Notes: generated by a model from the letters alone, not told the origin. A stretch of 64,000 nt of DNA from Heptranchias perlo (GCF_035084215.1 NC_090340.1:3162001-3226000); one strand, 5' to 3'. Numbered from the stretch's first letter, positions 26,371 to 39,765 are shown. Translations and numbers: made by a program.

Positions 26371-28199
26371 GATATAGGTTTGTGTGAGTCCCAAGAAGTA
26401 CCAGATCTCTATAAAGATAGAAAACCAAAGATGAGCAGCTTTCCTCTGTAAGCAATTGGATGTGCATGCAGATAATTGAACAAAGGAATAGCTAACCCAG
26501 AATTATATCACATCGCAGTGCCCTTTGGTTACAAAAAAAGAAAATTTTGAGAAGAAGAGAAAAGAAACAGGAATCGGAAATTAGCTTTCGAGCAGGCGTT
26601 AGGACCAAAACGGAGGAGCCACTTCATTATTTACTCACCCTTGAGCTGTTGGCACATTTGTGACCAGCTTGACTTATGCCTAGCAGGTGATGGGGAGGCT
26701 TTGGGGAGTCAAGAGGTGAACCAATCGCCACAGCGTATGCGGTCTCATACCTTTTCTAGTAGCCACCACATTTATGCAGAGGGCGCAGTTGAGTTTCTGG
26801 TCAATGGTGACACGCAGGATGTAGAAGGCGTGGGGATTGGTGATGGTATTGACATTGAAAATCAAGAGGAGGTGTTAGGCTCTCTCCTCGAGGAGGTCAT
26901 AGAATCAAGGAATCGTTAGAGCACAGAATGAGGCCATGAGGCCCATCAAGCTCGTGCCGAGATGGCCATTGTCTGGTACCAGTTTGGTATGAATGTTACT
27001 TGCCCTTATTTCAAGCATGGATTTAGTCCAATTCTAAAGGCACAGGGACACGGCCTGCTGCTGATCAATTGCATATTAATCTGAACGCGATACAATCATC
27101 AACGAACAGAAACACTTCGCACCTTACGACTGAGGGAAGTTCTTTTGTGATCTTTTTCTGAGTGGCCACCAGTGGTCCACTGGCCTTGTTTAAAACCTGG
27201 TTCCGAAGGCAATACAAATCAAAGATAATGAGTGGCCAAATCGCAACATCAGATTGACGCCCGGTGATAAGTTAAAAAGCGAACTGGAAGCAGGAAGCAG
27301 GTCTACATCTAACCGCCATTAAATACCTAGAATAGCTTCAGGCCAGGGATACAGGGATATTTATTTGCAAAAGACCTTCCTGAAGATTTGGATTCCTCAT
27401 ATGTTAATGAGTGAGTTTATTACGTTACAGTAATAGATGAAACACTGAGAATTTGCAGGTACTTCACTGGCCCATTGTACTGCCTTCTCTTATGGGCAGC
27501 TCTTTTCTTTAAGAAGGCAAAAAAAAAACTTTTGCAGTTAGCCTGAAGGATGTATACATACTTATGCAATGAAAGTGCTATAAGGTATACAAGTGAAAGA
27601 TTTGTGTTCACCTTCAAAATCCAGCAACTCGAGCTAAAGGTCCGTGCTCCATGCTTCCCATTCCAAGAACAACACTCCTTTGCTGCAAACCTTCCTGAAG
27701 AAGTCACGAAGCTGAATTCGTCAGGAAGATTGTCCTGACTCTTGTCATCGCCATACTTCCATCAAAAATTAACGCAAGGCCTGCCTCCGATATATTTCAG
27801 CAAAACACAATCTCAATATTGCAGTAGCATAAACAATACAAACTAAACCTCGTGAACTGCTGCGCTACAAACCATTCCACTCCTGCTGCCAGCTCCCAAC
27901 ACATTCATCTTGAAATATACTTGCTTTATTCCAACCCATGCTGCAATTAAGGGAACAAGACAAATGTATCTTAAATATCGCATCGCACAATTATTGGAGG
28001 TTTTGTTTTTATTTACAAGGTATTTGCGAAAAATGTACTTTGTATCTATTTTACTGGGAGCAGTAAAATGTATTTTAACAATGTGATCAGCATTACAAGA
28101 ACATATAAGAGGTACATTTTTCCTGACAGTGTGATCTTTCACGCCGGCGCGATATATACAGACGGGTTGCTGTGAATATCATAGCATTGAAATATGGCT

Positions 28200-31100
28200 A
28201 TCCATATCTAAGCCATAGCGATCACAACATAATAAGTTTTGGGATAAATATTGGGAAGGACATAAGTAAGGCACAGAACAAAGTAATAAATTGGGAAAAA
28301 GGCTGTTTTTCAGAGGATGAGAATGGAACAAGGGAAAACAAACTGGAAAATGTATTGATGAACAAAATAGAACAGCAGGATCAAACATTTAAAACTGTGA
28401 TCAGCAGGTTCCAGAAGAAATGTATCCTACTTAAAAAGCAGGAACAAATTAGCCAGTAAAAATACACTGTGGATGAATAAAGAAAAAAATGGTAAAATTG
28501 AAACTAAAGAAAAAGGCATACATTACATAGATAACAAAGGAAAGTATGATAAAAGTGAAGAGGAAAAGGTTCGGAAAGGAGTTAAAAATCAATTAGGAAG
28601 GCAAAGATCAACTACGAATTTCAATTGTCAAGGCTTATAAAATAGATAGTAAATTATTCTACAGACACATAAAAAACATAAAAAATGAGAACAGAGATAG
28701 GGCCACTAAGGGATTTTTTTATTCGTCCATGGAATGTTGGCATCGCTGGCGAGGTCAGTATTTAGTGCCCATCCCTAATTGCCCTTGAGAAGGTGGTGGT
28801 GAGCCGCCTTCTTGAACCGCTGCCGTCCGTGTGGTGAAGGTTCTCCCACAGTGCTGTTGGGAAGCGAGTTCCAGGATTTTGACCCAGCGACGTTGAAGGA
28901 ACGGCGATATATTTCCAAGTCGGGATGGTGTGTGACTTGGAGGGGAACGTACCGGTGGTGTTGTTCCCATGTGCCTGTTGCCCTTGTCCTTCTAGTTGGT
29001 AGAGGTCGCGGGTTTGGGAGGTGCTGTCGAAGAAGCCTGGCCGAGTTGTTGCAGTGCATCCTGTGGATGGTACACACTGCAGCCACAGTGCGCCGTTGGT
29101 GAAGAGGGTGAATGTTTAGGGTGGTGGATGGCGTGCCAATCAAGCTGACTGCTTTGTCCTGGATGGTGTCGAGCTTCTTGAGTGTTGTTGGAGCTGCACT
29201 CATCCAGGGAAGTGGAGACCATTTCATCAAACTCCTGACTTGTGCCTCGTAGATGGTGCAAAGGATTTGGTGATTTCTGGGTGAGTCACTCGTCGCAGAA
29301 TACCCAGCCTCTGACCTGCTCTTTTAGAGACAGTATTTATATGGCTGGTCCAGTTAAGTTTCTGGTCAATGATGACTCCACGTTGTTGATGGTGGGGAAT
29401 CGGTGATGGGAATGCCTTTGAAAGTCAAGGGGAAGTGGTTAGACTCTCTCTTGTTGAAGATGGTCATTGCCTGGCACTTGTCTGGTGCGAATGTTACTTG
29501 CCACTTATCAGCCCAAGCCTGGATGTTGCCCAGGTCTTGCTGCGTGCGCGCACGGAGTGCTTCATTATTTCAAGGGTTCCGAATGGAACTGAACACTGTG
29601 CAAACATCAGCGAACATCCCAATTTCTGACCATATGATGAAGGGAATGTCATTGATGAAGCAGTTGAAGATGTTGGAGACTAGGACACTGCCCTGAGGAA
29701 CTCCTGCAGCAATGTCCTGGGGCTGAGACGACTGTCCTCCAATAACCACTACCATCTTCCTTTGTGCTTGCTATGACTCCAGCCACTGGAGAGTTTTCCC
29801 CATGATTCCCATTGACTTCAATTTTACTGGGGCTCATTGGTGCCACACTCGGTCAAATGCTGTCTTGATGTCAAGGACAGTCACTCTCACCTCACCTCTG
29901 GAATTCAGCTCTTTTGTCCACGTTTGGACCAAGGCAGTAATGAAGTCTGGAGCCGAGTGGTCCTGGCGTAACCCAAACTGAGCATCGGTGAGCAGGTTAT
30001 TGGTGAGTAAGTGCCGCTTGATAGCACTGTTGATGACACGATCCATCAATTTGCTGATGATTGAGAGTGGACTGATCGGGCGGTCATTGGCCAGATTGTA
30101 TTTGTCCTGCTTTTTGTGGACAGGTCATACCTGGGAAATTTTCTACATTGTCGGATAGATGCCAGTGTTGTATCTGTACTGGAACAGCTTGGCTAGAGGC
30201 GCAGCTGTTTCTGGAGCACAAGACATCAGCACTACAGCTGGGATGTTGTCAGGGTCCATAGAATTTCTGTATCCAGTGCACTCAGCCGTTTCTTGGTGAA
30301 TCGAATTGGCTGAAGACTGTCTTCTGTGATGGTGGGGATATTGGGAGGAGGCCGAGATGGCTCATCCACTCGGCACTTCTGGCTGAAGATGGTTGCAAAC
30401 GCTTTATCCTTGTCTTTTGCACTCATGTGCTGGACTCCATCATTGAGGATGGGGATGTTTATGAAGCATCTTCCTCCCTTTACTTCTTTAATTGTCCTCC
30501 ACCATTCACGACTGGATGTGGCAGGACATAAGAGCTTTGATCAGATTTGTTGGTTGTGGAATCGCTTACCTCTGAAACGTATGATAAACTCACAGTTAAT
30601 GACAGCGAAATGGCAGAAATATTAAATAATTACTTTGCCCCTGTATTTACCAGGCTGACTCAAATTTTTGACATGACATTAGACGAAGAGATCAAAAAAG
30701 CTATAAATACATTTAAGATGGAAGGTGCGGGGTAGAACACTGATAAACTAATCAAGTTTATAGAGGATAAAACCCCTGGCCTGGATCAATTGCATCCGCA
30801 CATATTAAAAGAAGTTTGGAAAAGAAAGCAGAGGCACTATTACATAAGTATAAAAATTCATTAGAAAAGTGAATAGTTGCAAAGGACTGGCAGACAGCTA
30901 ATGTAATTTCTATATTTAAAAAAGAATGATGGAACCAATCCAAGGAACTATAGACCCATCAGCTTAACGTAAGTGGTAGGAAAGATGATGGAATCCTTAC
31001 ACAAAGATGACATAGAAAAAAATCTAGAAACAGAAAATACAATCAAGAATAATCAGCAAGGATTTTCAAAGGAAGGTCATGCTTGATCAACCGTATTGAA

Positions 31101-32330
31101 TTCTTTGAAGAAGTAACAGAAAGGGCAGGCAAGGTTAATGTCGTACATGTAATATATGTGGAAAAGGCCTTCAATATGGTACCTCATAAGAGATTCATGA
31201 CTGAGGTCATAGCATGAGGAAAACGTCGACAATTAACAAAAGGATAGCAAGCTGTTTACAAAACAGAAAACAGAGAGTCTGGGTTAAAAGTAATTACTCA
31301 CACAGGCAAAGTGTGTTCCACAAGCATCTGTGCTGGCACCACTATTTTTCCCAATTTACATGAACGTTGAACTCGGGAATCGGAAGCACAATTTCAAAAT
31401 TCGCAGATGACATCATATTGGGTCGTATTTTTAAGAGTGAGGAGAACTGAGATTAAATGCAGAAAAAACATTAAGGAAGTTGCAGAATGGGCGCGTAATT
31501 GGTGAATGAATTTCAATATAGATAAGTGCTCGGCATTACATTTTCGTAGGTACAACATGTGGCCCACATACTGCTTGGAAATGAAGACTCTAAATGAGGT
31601 AGAGGAGCAGAGGGATCTTGAATTCAAATACACAAATAACGTAAAGTATCGATACAGATTAATAAGGTCCATAAAAAGGAAAACCGTGCATGGGCTTCGT
31701 TTCTGGAGGAATTGAATTGAAGAGCAGAACATTACGTTAAACTTGTATAGAACTTTGGTTAGACGACACTTGGAGTATTGTGAACATTTCTGGTCACCAT
31801 GTTATGAAAAGGATGTAGAGGCACTGTAAAATGTGCAAAAGGATTTACTCGGATGATACCAGACCTGAGAGGTTATACATTTTAGGAATGATTCAGCAGG
31901 TTGTGACTCTTTCCTCTTGGAAAGAGAAGAATGAGTAGTGCCAGGATAGAGAGCTTTAAGATAATGGAAGGGTTTGAGAGGGTAGACGTAGAGAAGATAT
32001 TTCCAACTTGGGGGGGCAGGGGAGAGCAGAACTAAGGGTCATAAATATAAAATCGTCATTTAAAAATCCAGTAGAGATTTCAGGAGATGTTACTTTGCCC
32101 AGAGATTGGTTAGAATATGGAACTCGCTACCACAAGGTCTGGCTGAGGCGAATAACACAGATGCATTTAAGGGGAAGTTAAAGAAAAACATGAGGCAGAA
32201 AGGAATAGACGGACATGTTGATAGGGAAGAAGAAGTAGGGAGGGAGGAGGCTCCTGAGTGGCATAAACACCAGCACGGACCATTGGCCGAATGGTCTGTT
32301 TATGTGCAGTTTATACCATGTAATTCTATG
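28200..32330 (+). mobile_element. Decayed CR1 LINE interrupted by the 28714-30573 LINE
   Basis: SHSDHNIISF (APE end), NDSEMAEILNNYF, MNFNIDKC and MVRIWNSLPQ motifs; the host sequence is collinear across the insertion. Confidence 0.85.
28714..30573 (-). mobile_element. 5'-truncated CR1-clade APE-RT LINE (same family as 50727-54257)
   Basis: ORFs 28775-29230, 29570-29755 (GVPQGSVL..MFADVCT) and 29834-30049 (LDIKTAFDRVWHQ); A-rich tail at 28714-28721. Confidence 0.9.
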
Positions 32331-33849
32331 TCAGGAAGATTTTTTTCATTGGGCTGGCTGTACCTATTCTAACTGTAGTTTGGTGTGAGGAACATCAATT
32401 CAGCTGTTCATGCGCAGAATTTCGTACCACGGAAGTGTGTCACACACCGTGATCAATTGGATGACTAATGTGAACATGGAAACTGCTGCAGTAGGAACTT
32501 ATCACCTGTTTCGAGTCAATGCTTCCACGGTACAGATAGACCTTCAATCCGCTGCGAACCTTCGAGTTACATTCCACAACGCCTGAAAGCAGCGATATAA
32601 TAATATAATCTGGCATGTCAAACCAATGTTGCCAACAGATTATATGCGAATTCCATTACAATGGTTTCTCTCGATCAATGACAACAGACCATTTTTGAAT
32701 GGTTTCAGTACCCACAATTTTACTGTTATGTCAAATCAATTAGTCCAGCTCTTTGTCTTGCTCCAGAATTGTTAATTTTGCATTTCCGCCTCGTGGCCCT
32801 AACAATCAAACTTAACCCAGATAATCAGCTTACATCGCTATCAGGTGGGCATTTTTATAACAACATATGTTATGTTGTATCATTATTGTATTCAATCGGG
32901 GAATTTTGAGGTTTAACATACTTACAGTCAACTATTAATAGTCGTTTCGGAAGGTGACAAAAGCATGGTGAGGGTTTTAGTGGCCGATGAGTTGAGGAAG
33001 CGATAGAGGTTGAGATGGTGGTAACCCACTTTAACAAATGCTATTTCCCTTTAATTGGCGTCACTGAAGCCGAATTTCACGCTCTGCCGCCAAAGTGAGA
33101 CGTGCAGCCATTAAATAGAGGAGGCAGCGCTGGCTGCACGCCTGATTCGTTATAATCAAATACCAGCACCAATTTCACGTGTTGCCTGGGCCCACTGGAA
33201 AAGGCATCTGCAATGCTTGCCCAGCCCCTTGCTAGCCCAGCCCCTTGCGTTACCGATTTTGGATGCGATCGAATTTCTAGGACCCCATCTTCTGAGGCTT
33301 TGACCTTTCATTTGGCTCTATACCTCTGCAGCCCTCCATTGACAGAACCATTCTCTTATCTTCCCTCTTAATTCTCTTGACAAGAAAAAAAATCCGTCAC
33401 TGCCTTGCATTTGATCGTCCCCACTGGCACGCCCCCTTCTTTGCTCACTCAAGTGAAAGAAACTCAGAGTGTAGCTGGCACACAACTCGCATAGCGATCC
33501 ATGGACCAGGCCCACCATGGACCACAGGCCTCATTACATTTTGCCAAGACAGAAAACTAGTAAAATCCTCATACTCACTGCTTGCATATGCGCCTATTGG
33601 TCAGAAGGTTGTGGATTCAAATGCCACTTCAGAGACTTGAGCACTATATTTAAAATAACACTGTTCTGCTGTGTGTGTGTGCGGGGGGGGGGGGGTTGTG
33701 TTCTACTGTCGGAGGTGACAACTTTTGGATGAGACATTAAACCAACTGTCTTCTCGAATGGATGTAAATATCCCATGGCACTCTTCGAAGAAGAGCACAT
33801 AAATACATGTACTGACATGACGTCAACACCCTGCAAGGATGGACTGAAG

Positions 33850-34690
33850 GAAGGTAATTAGAGTGTGGTAGCAAAACCGGTGGTGACAAGGATTGGATGA
33901 CTATTGGGCTATTGGAGATGGAAGGGATGGTTTGAATAAAGCGCTCTTCTACGAGCTGCTCTCGAAGTGCTCCAGCAGCTACATGCACTGGTGGTCGATG
34001 CTGCACAATCTCTTCATGCTGCTCTTCCTCCTCCTCCTGCTCCTCCATGTCGGCTTCATCTGCCACTTTGTCCGTGTTCCTCCCATGAGTCATGAGGCAA
34101 ACCTAAAGACAATAGAAGCTCTCGTCGACTAGCCAGCCTGTGACCCAAAGGCCTGTTTGAAAATAAAGACGGCACAGAGGACTGGAGCAGAATAATGACT
34201 CATGATTGCTGCCTCTTAACTGCGCATAGACCTTCATGATGCGCTGCCTGCGGTCAAAAACAAGCTGGATATTGAGGGGTTATAAACCGTTTCTATGCAC
34301 AAACATGTCAGAATGCACGTTCCATCCTGGAGACCCCTACAATGTTGGCGGCGTCTAGTGCGCTCTTGACCTGCTTTGCTCTGTCCATTGGGAAGCAGAT
34401 GAGGATATTCCTCCTGGCGTAGAAAGCCTCCAACACCTCCCTGATAGAGCGATGGGCTACAAACTGAGAGTTACCTGCTGCATCCTGGAAGGTGCCTGTT
34501 GCAGATAAATTAAAGGCCTGGATGACCTTGATATGCAGAAGTATTGCTGTCCAAACTCTGGTTCGAAGCTCAATTTGTGGCTGCAGCTGGTGATATAGCT
34601 CGGTGATAGCCTCCTGTGAGAAATCAAGGACCTGACACATTGCTCCTCCGTGAAGTTCAGTTAGGAGAAGTACTCCATGAAAATTCCGCT
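33850..34690 (-). mobile_element. PIF/Harbinger (HARBI1-like) transposase pseudogene
   Basis: ORF 34308-34640 FSQEAITELYHQLQPQ..FNLSATGTFQ..SQFVAHRSIREVLEAFYARR..FP; then NIQLVFDRRQRIMKVYAQLRGSNHE and an acidic C-terminus (33737-34093). Confidence 0.82.
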
Positions 34691-34711
34691 GTTGGTTTGG
34701 AGAAAAAAAGG

Positions 34712-35150
34712 GACTTTAATTGATATAGCTCCTTTCACCACAGCAGAACGTTGCAAAGCGCTTTACAGTTAATTAAATACTTTTGAAGTGTCGTCACTGT
34801 TGAAATGTAGGAAACGCGGCAGCCAATCCGTGCACAGCATGGTCCCACCAACAGCAAATTGATAGTGATCAGATAATCAGATAGTGATGTTGCTTCTGGG
34901 ATAAATATTTGCAAGGACACCCATGCTCTTGTTCGAAATCGTGCCATGGGACCTTTTACTTATACCTGAAAGGGCAGACGGGGCCTCGTTTTAACATTTC
35001 ATGCGAAAGACGGCACCACCGACAGTGCAGCACTCCATTGGTATTGCACTGGAGTGTAAGCCTAGAATTGCGTTCAAGTCCAGGGAGTGGGACATAAATT
35101 CCCAACTTTCTGATTCGAGGCGTGAGTCCCAAAACTGAGACACGGCGAAC
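34712..35150 (-). mobile_element. SacSINE1/DeuSINE-like tRNA-derived SINE, near full length (partial + strand copies at about 33596-33798 and 20985-21170)
   Basis: Reverse complement shows a tRNA-like head, a central gtgctgcactgtcgg..tgttaaaacgaggccccgtctgccc domain and an L2-like tail gtaaagcgctttg..gctatat. Family name assigned from memory of the consensus. Confidence 0.65.
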
Positions 35151-37103
35151 TCAAATGTGGCCTTCTGTGTAGTTCCCTCCTTCGCTCAGCTGCTCCTCCT
35201 GTCTTATTTCCTCATAAGAGGAGACCGAACAGACCAGCCTTGACAGCAATAAAACTGTTCTGAAGGCAGCCAGAATCAGTCCAGCACCAATAAAAACTTA
35301 TTTCTGGTCAGTTGTAGAAGTCCGAAAACCGGCCACAAACGACCAGAGGTTGACTAGCAGTCTAGCAATTAGAAACAGCAACTAACCTGTATGCAGTGGA
35401 CGACTGCTGGAAGATTTTAATCAGACTGTTAAATACTTGCGCAGCACGCCCTGGACACCCAGGGAACAGCGGGATCTAATATGGCGGGTGGCGCACTTCC
35501 GCTATGGAAGGAACCAGTTCTCCGCCTCTAAAATGGCGCAGTGCCAACGAATTGTTAGACGAGGGAGTCTGAAAGTGCATTTTTAACGAATTTGTGAAAT
35601 AATTTTTGCAGGGGTAGACGCAGAAGGATGGGGAATTGGAATGGGATAACGGGATGAAGTGGAATGGGAGAGCGGGATTAAGTGCATTGGCCGAAAATAG
35701 CAATATATTCTCAAATTTGTAACATTAATATGAAATATTTTACGCTCACGCGAATCTGCAATGCATTCCAGGCAAATCAATGACTAAAGTGAACAATTAT
35801 GCATCTTCCCGCTGAAAGCAGAGAGAGAAGCACTGGACAGCAAAGGGTTTGAAAACGAAATTGCATTTCGTGAAATGCACTGAAATTGAGTGCTGCAGCC
35901 GGTTCTGGACTGTGGTAAAAAGACTGCCCACATTCATTGCTGTCAAAAGCAGAGTGCAGCTTTAAAAGGCCTGAATTTTTACTTTTACTGCTGTCTTTTT
36001 ACACAACCTTGGGCTTTATTTCAGGATCTGAGCCCATCTTAAATGTAGTGTTCTAATATTACCATCTGAGACTGTTTTGGAGGGAAATAAAGTCACAGGA
36101 GGCAAAATCGACTCAACATAGTCTAAAGCGTGTCAGGTATCTACAGGGATAGTAAAACAGCGAGGTTCCCTTGCAGGAAGTGTGGATGCTCTTTGTGTTC
36201 GTCGAACGAGAGAATAGCACACTCAACACCCGGAATTACATCACACAACAGCGCGCTTTGGAAGATAGCTGTACCCACTCAAGAAAAGCAAATTATGATA
36301 CTAAGAGCAACAAACCAGCAAAAGTTATCATTTAACTTTGAGATTAAATTTGGCGCAAGCCATTGGACAAAAAAAGATTTGATATTTCATTTTTACTCAA
36401 CCTGGTGCGCTTGGCACATTTAAGATTATCGTTACATATGCCTTGCAGGCGGTGGAGGGGCTTTGTGAAGTCAAGAGCTAAACCAATCGCGACAGCATAA
36501 CCGATCTCTTGGTAACCAGCACATTTATGCGGAGGGCGCAGTCGAGTTTCTGATCATTGGTGACCCGCAGGATGTTGAAGGTGCGGGAATTGGTGACGGT
36601 ATTGACATTGAATGTCAAGGGATGGTGGTTAGGCTCTCTCCTCATGGGGGTGGTCATTGCCTGGTAGTTTGTGGCGTGAATGTTACTTGCCAGTTATCCC
36701 AAGCATGGATTTAGTACAATTCTTATTGCATTGGGACATGGACTGCTTCGTCATCTGAGGAATTCCGAATTGATCTGAACACGGTACAACCATAACTTCG
36801 CACCTTACGATTGAAGGAATTTCTTTTCGGACCTTTTTCTGAGTGGCCTTCAGTGGTCCATTGGCTATCCTTAAAAACTGGTTCCAAACGCAACACAAAT
36901 CAAGGGTAATGGGTGGCCATATTGTCGTTAGTCTGAAGGTTGCATACATTGCGATGCAAATACTTATCCTGCACCGCAATGCATATATAAATCAATGGCC
37001 ATACAAATTGCAATTAGCTGATGTTGGATGCCGCATTAAAGGACATTTTAGTTAATGCTATAACTATTTTTAAAAAGTACTTTACAGAGACAGGCTCTGT
37101 TGA

Positions 37104-37300
37104 TCATCTATATGAACAGACACGTAAATGGGAGAAAGGTTCTTGAGTGACATATATGTGTTCACCTTCAAAATACAGCAGCTGGAACTCCAAGCGTGCC
37201 ATGCCAAGAACAACCCTCCTTTGCTGCAGCTCTTCCGGAAGAATCTGCAAGGCTGAATTCGATAGGAGGATTATCTTTACTCCTGTCATCATCCTACTTC
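37104..37300 (-). mobile_element. Harbinger Myb/SANT-like ORF remnant (second copy about 27600-27750)
   Basis: LSNSALQILPEELQQRRVVL resembles FSADVLETLVQEVDRRRDTL at 9489-9704. Confidence 0.4.
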
Positions 37301-38391
37301 CAGCTAAACTTTATGCAAGGCTTGCCTCCGACAAATTTCAGCCAAAACACAATCCTAACATTGCAGCAGACTTTTAAACAGCCACCAGCTAAACCGCGCT
37401 ACAGACCATTCCGCTTGCGCTGACAGCTCCCTACACGGTACTTGCAGTATTCCAGCCCTTGCTGCAATTGGCCCGAAACCTGTACAATTGAAAACCTGTA
37501 CAGGATTGTTTAGGCACATATTGTTCGTTCTTAGGGCCGTTTTAGATTCAGGTATCAATCCATATTTGGGGATAAGGAAATGCAGCACCCCGTCCCTCCA
37601 GCTTCTGATTAAGTTTCAAGTCTATTTCCTTGTAGATAACGTGACATGAACTGCCGGAAAAACTCCGAGGCAACGCGGTGACCAACCAGGAATGCACGTA
37701 ATAATATAATACTGTCCTTGCCCATTGCACCTGTGGCCATTCTAGAGGCACCTTGCCATGATCATTAAATATATCAATATTCAACCAAACCTTCTTCTGA
37801 GATTCCGCAATTTCCATGCGTACATGCTTCAACTCTACCCGCAGTTTGGTTAGAATGCAACAGAGTCAAAATCTTGACCGTGTTTCTCGAAAAAAAAGAA
37901 GTAATTCAAAGCCTTGACATTATCTGAATATGTTTCGGTATTACAATCATGCGGGATAAAACCCCTCGTTTTTCTGGCAGTGGGTCATCTCTCAGAAATT
38001 AGCTGCTACAAAGATCCCCTGAATTTTTTCGCAGCAAATTGTGCTTCGCTTTATATTTTACAAGCAGCCCAGAAAAAAATGATCCGTTCTAATTAACATT
38101 TACTCGTAAATGAGGAGCCATAACAATTACGGTTCTCCATCCATCCAACGAATTGAATGCATACGCTGCAGAAGTGATCACGTGACCCGTAGGTTTAATT
38201 TGCATTGATTCAAGACATCCTCCCATTTTTGCAGCGTATTCCCGCTCATAAACAGATTGGTCCCGTCTATTTCCACCATTGTGGTGGATTAAAGCACTTT
38301 CCCTATTGTCAGCGACAGTAAGTGAGAGAACAATATTCATCCAATCCTTTTTCTGGAATGTCCAGTTTGATCCAATCATTATCAAGCTACA

Positions 38392-38707
38392 GAGTTCAGA
38401 CAAGGTACAGCGCTAATAATACGGAGTTCAGAGAACACACAGCGCCAAGTCTAGGGAGTTCAAAGAACAGACAGCACCAACAGTACTGAGTTCAGAGGAC
38501 AGGGCTGACACGATCGAGTTCATAGAACAGACAGCGCCAACACGACAGAGTTCAGAGAACAGAAAGCACCAACACGACCGAGTTCAGAGAAGAGACCGCA
38601 TCAACACTACCGAGTTCACAGAACAGACAGGGCTGACACTGCCCAGTTCAGAGAACAGACAGGGCTAACACTACTGAGTTCATCCAACAGACAGCACCAA
38701 CACAACC
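38392..38707 (+). repeat. 32-bp minisatellite, about 10 units (consensus GAGTTCAGAGAACAGACAGCGCCAACACGACC)
   Basis: Ten head-to-tail units starting gagttca or cagttca; nine are 32 bp and one is 28 bp. Confidence 0.92.
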
Positions 38708-38749
38708 CAAGTTGTTTTGAGGTGCTGTTCATTCAAGGGTGATGTAATT

Positions 38750-39045
38750 GGAAGTGACGTCACTAGCGGAGCGGTAAGTGTTCGGCATGCGCTGTGGGTG
38801 ACGTCATCGAGTGCCCCCTGCGCATGCGCAGCAGGACGTCACATGTCGAATGAAAACCGGAAGTGTCCACTGTCCCTCAGTGAACCTAAACCCCATGGGA
38901 AACAGCTGCAGCGAATGTTGGGGCATTGTGTGCGGGTGACTACTTGTTTTCAGGTTTATTGTGCAGAAAACGGGCGGGTCACCTTTTACATTAGAAGTGA
39001 ATCGTAACACTTTGTTCGATGACGTCACTTAACACGCATGCGCCA
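38750..39045. promoter_or_regulatory. CpG-rich promoter-like cluster: ETS-CRE composite, three full CRE sites, NRF1 palindrome, ETS site
   Basis: GGAAGTGACGTCAC 38750-38763; TGACGTCA at 38755, 38799 and 39020; TGCGCATGCGCA 38819-38830; CCGGAAGTG 38857-38865; CGCATGCG 39035-39042. Confidence 0.65.
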
Positions 39046-39169
39046 GGCTTTCCGAGACATCAACTCGTTGCCCTGCATGTTCAAGAAGGTGATCCAGATA
39101 TAAAGCGGGGGAGTTGAGGGAGCGGGAGGGGTTGGTGGAGAACGTGATCCATCTCCCAGTCTGGACTAC

Positions 39170-39765
39170 GTTCTCCCTCTCTTTCCCTCCACACCTTTGA
39201 CCTGGATCATATTATCCCTCTCCCCTTCTGCCAAGGCTCCTCCTTCCCCCCTTTCCCCGTGATCCTGTTTTGCCGCATACCTCAGGCTATTCCTTTTATC
39301 TGGCTCCTGGTTCCCCCTGGTTCTTGCTTCCCGATTCCTTCCATGCTCCTGCTTCCCCCTTCCACCAGGAGCTCCTGCTTTAACACGGGCTTCTGCTTCC
39401 CCCCTTCCCCCAGGCTATCGCATTGCCTCATTCCCCCAGGTTACTGCATCCACCTGGCTCCAGCTTCCCCCCTTCCACCCAGGCTCCAGTTTCCATCCCC
39501 TTCCCCCAGGGCTCCTGCTTACCCCCTTCCTCCTTGCCTCTTGCTTCCACTTAGCTCCAGTTTCGCAACACCCACCGCTTCTCCCAGGCTCCTGCTTCCC
39601 TACTTCCTCCCTGGCTCCTGCTTCCCCCCACCTCTTGTCTGCATATTCCTGCTTCCCCACCTTACCCTCTGTGCTCCTGCTTCCTCCGTCCACCCGGGCC
39701 CCAGCTTACCCCCTTCCCCCGAGTTCCAGCTTCCACTTTCCCCCGTTCTTCTGCTTCCTCATTTT
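39170..39765. repeat. C/T-rich degenerate tandem repeat (about 23-nt unit ccaggctcctgcttcccccttcc)
   Basis: Repeated ctcctgcttcccc motifs; it produces the spurious Pro-rich ORF 39259-39819. Confidence 0.8.

Larger units (their letters stand above)
20156..27900 (+). repeat. Older intergenic duplication copy 1 (paralogous to about 32917-37430)
   Basis: Shared collinear blocks: gtcaactattaatagtcg (20166/32927), SINE remnant, Harbinger transposase remnants, 23260-24250/35220-36117, 26690-27240/36455-36920 and 27600-27897/37157-37430. Confidence 0.8.
32917..37430 (+). repeat. Older intergenic duplication copy 2
   Basis: Collinear with 20156-27900 but with different secondary insertions. Confidence 0.8.

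Noticed and set aside
33737-34640. Domesticated HARBI1 gene
   Set aside because: Fragmented by stops and deletions, with degenerate catalytic motifs; a transposon fossil.
38392-38707. CRISPR-like array
   Set aside because: Units are head-to-tail homologous with no unique spacers; eukaryotic context and no cas genes. It is a minisatellite.
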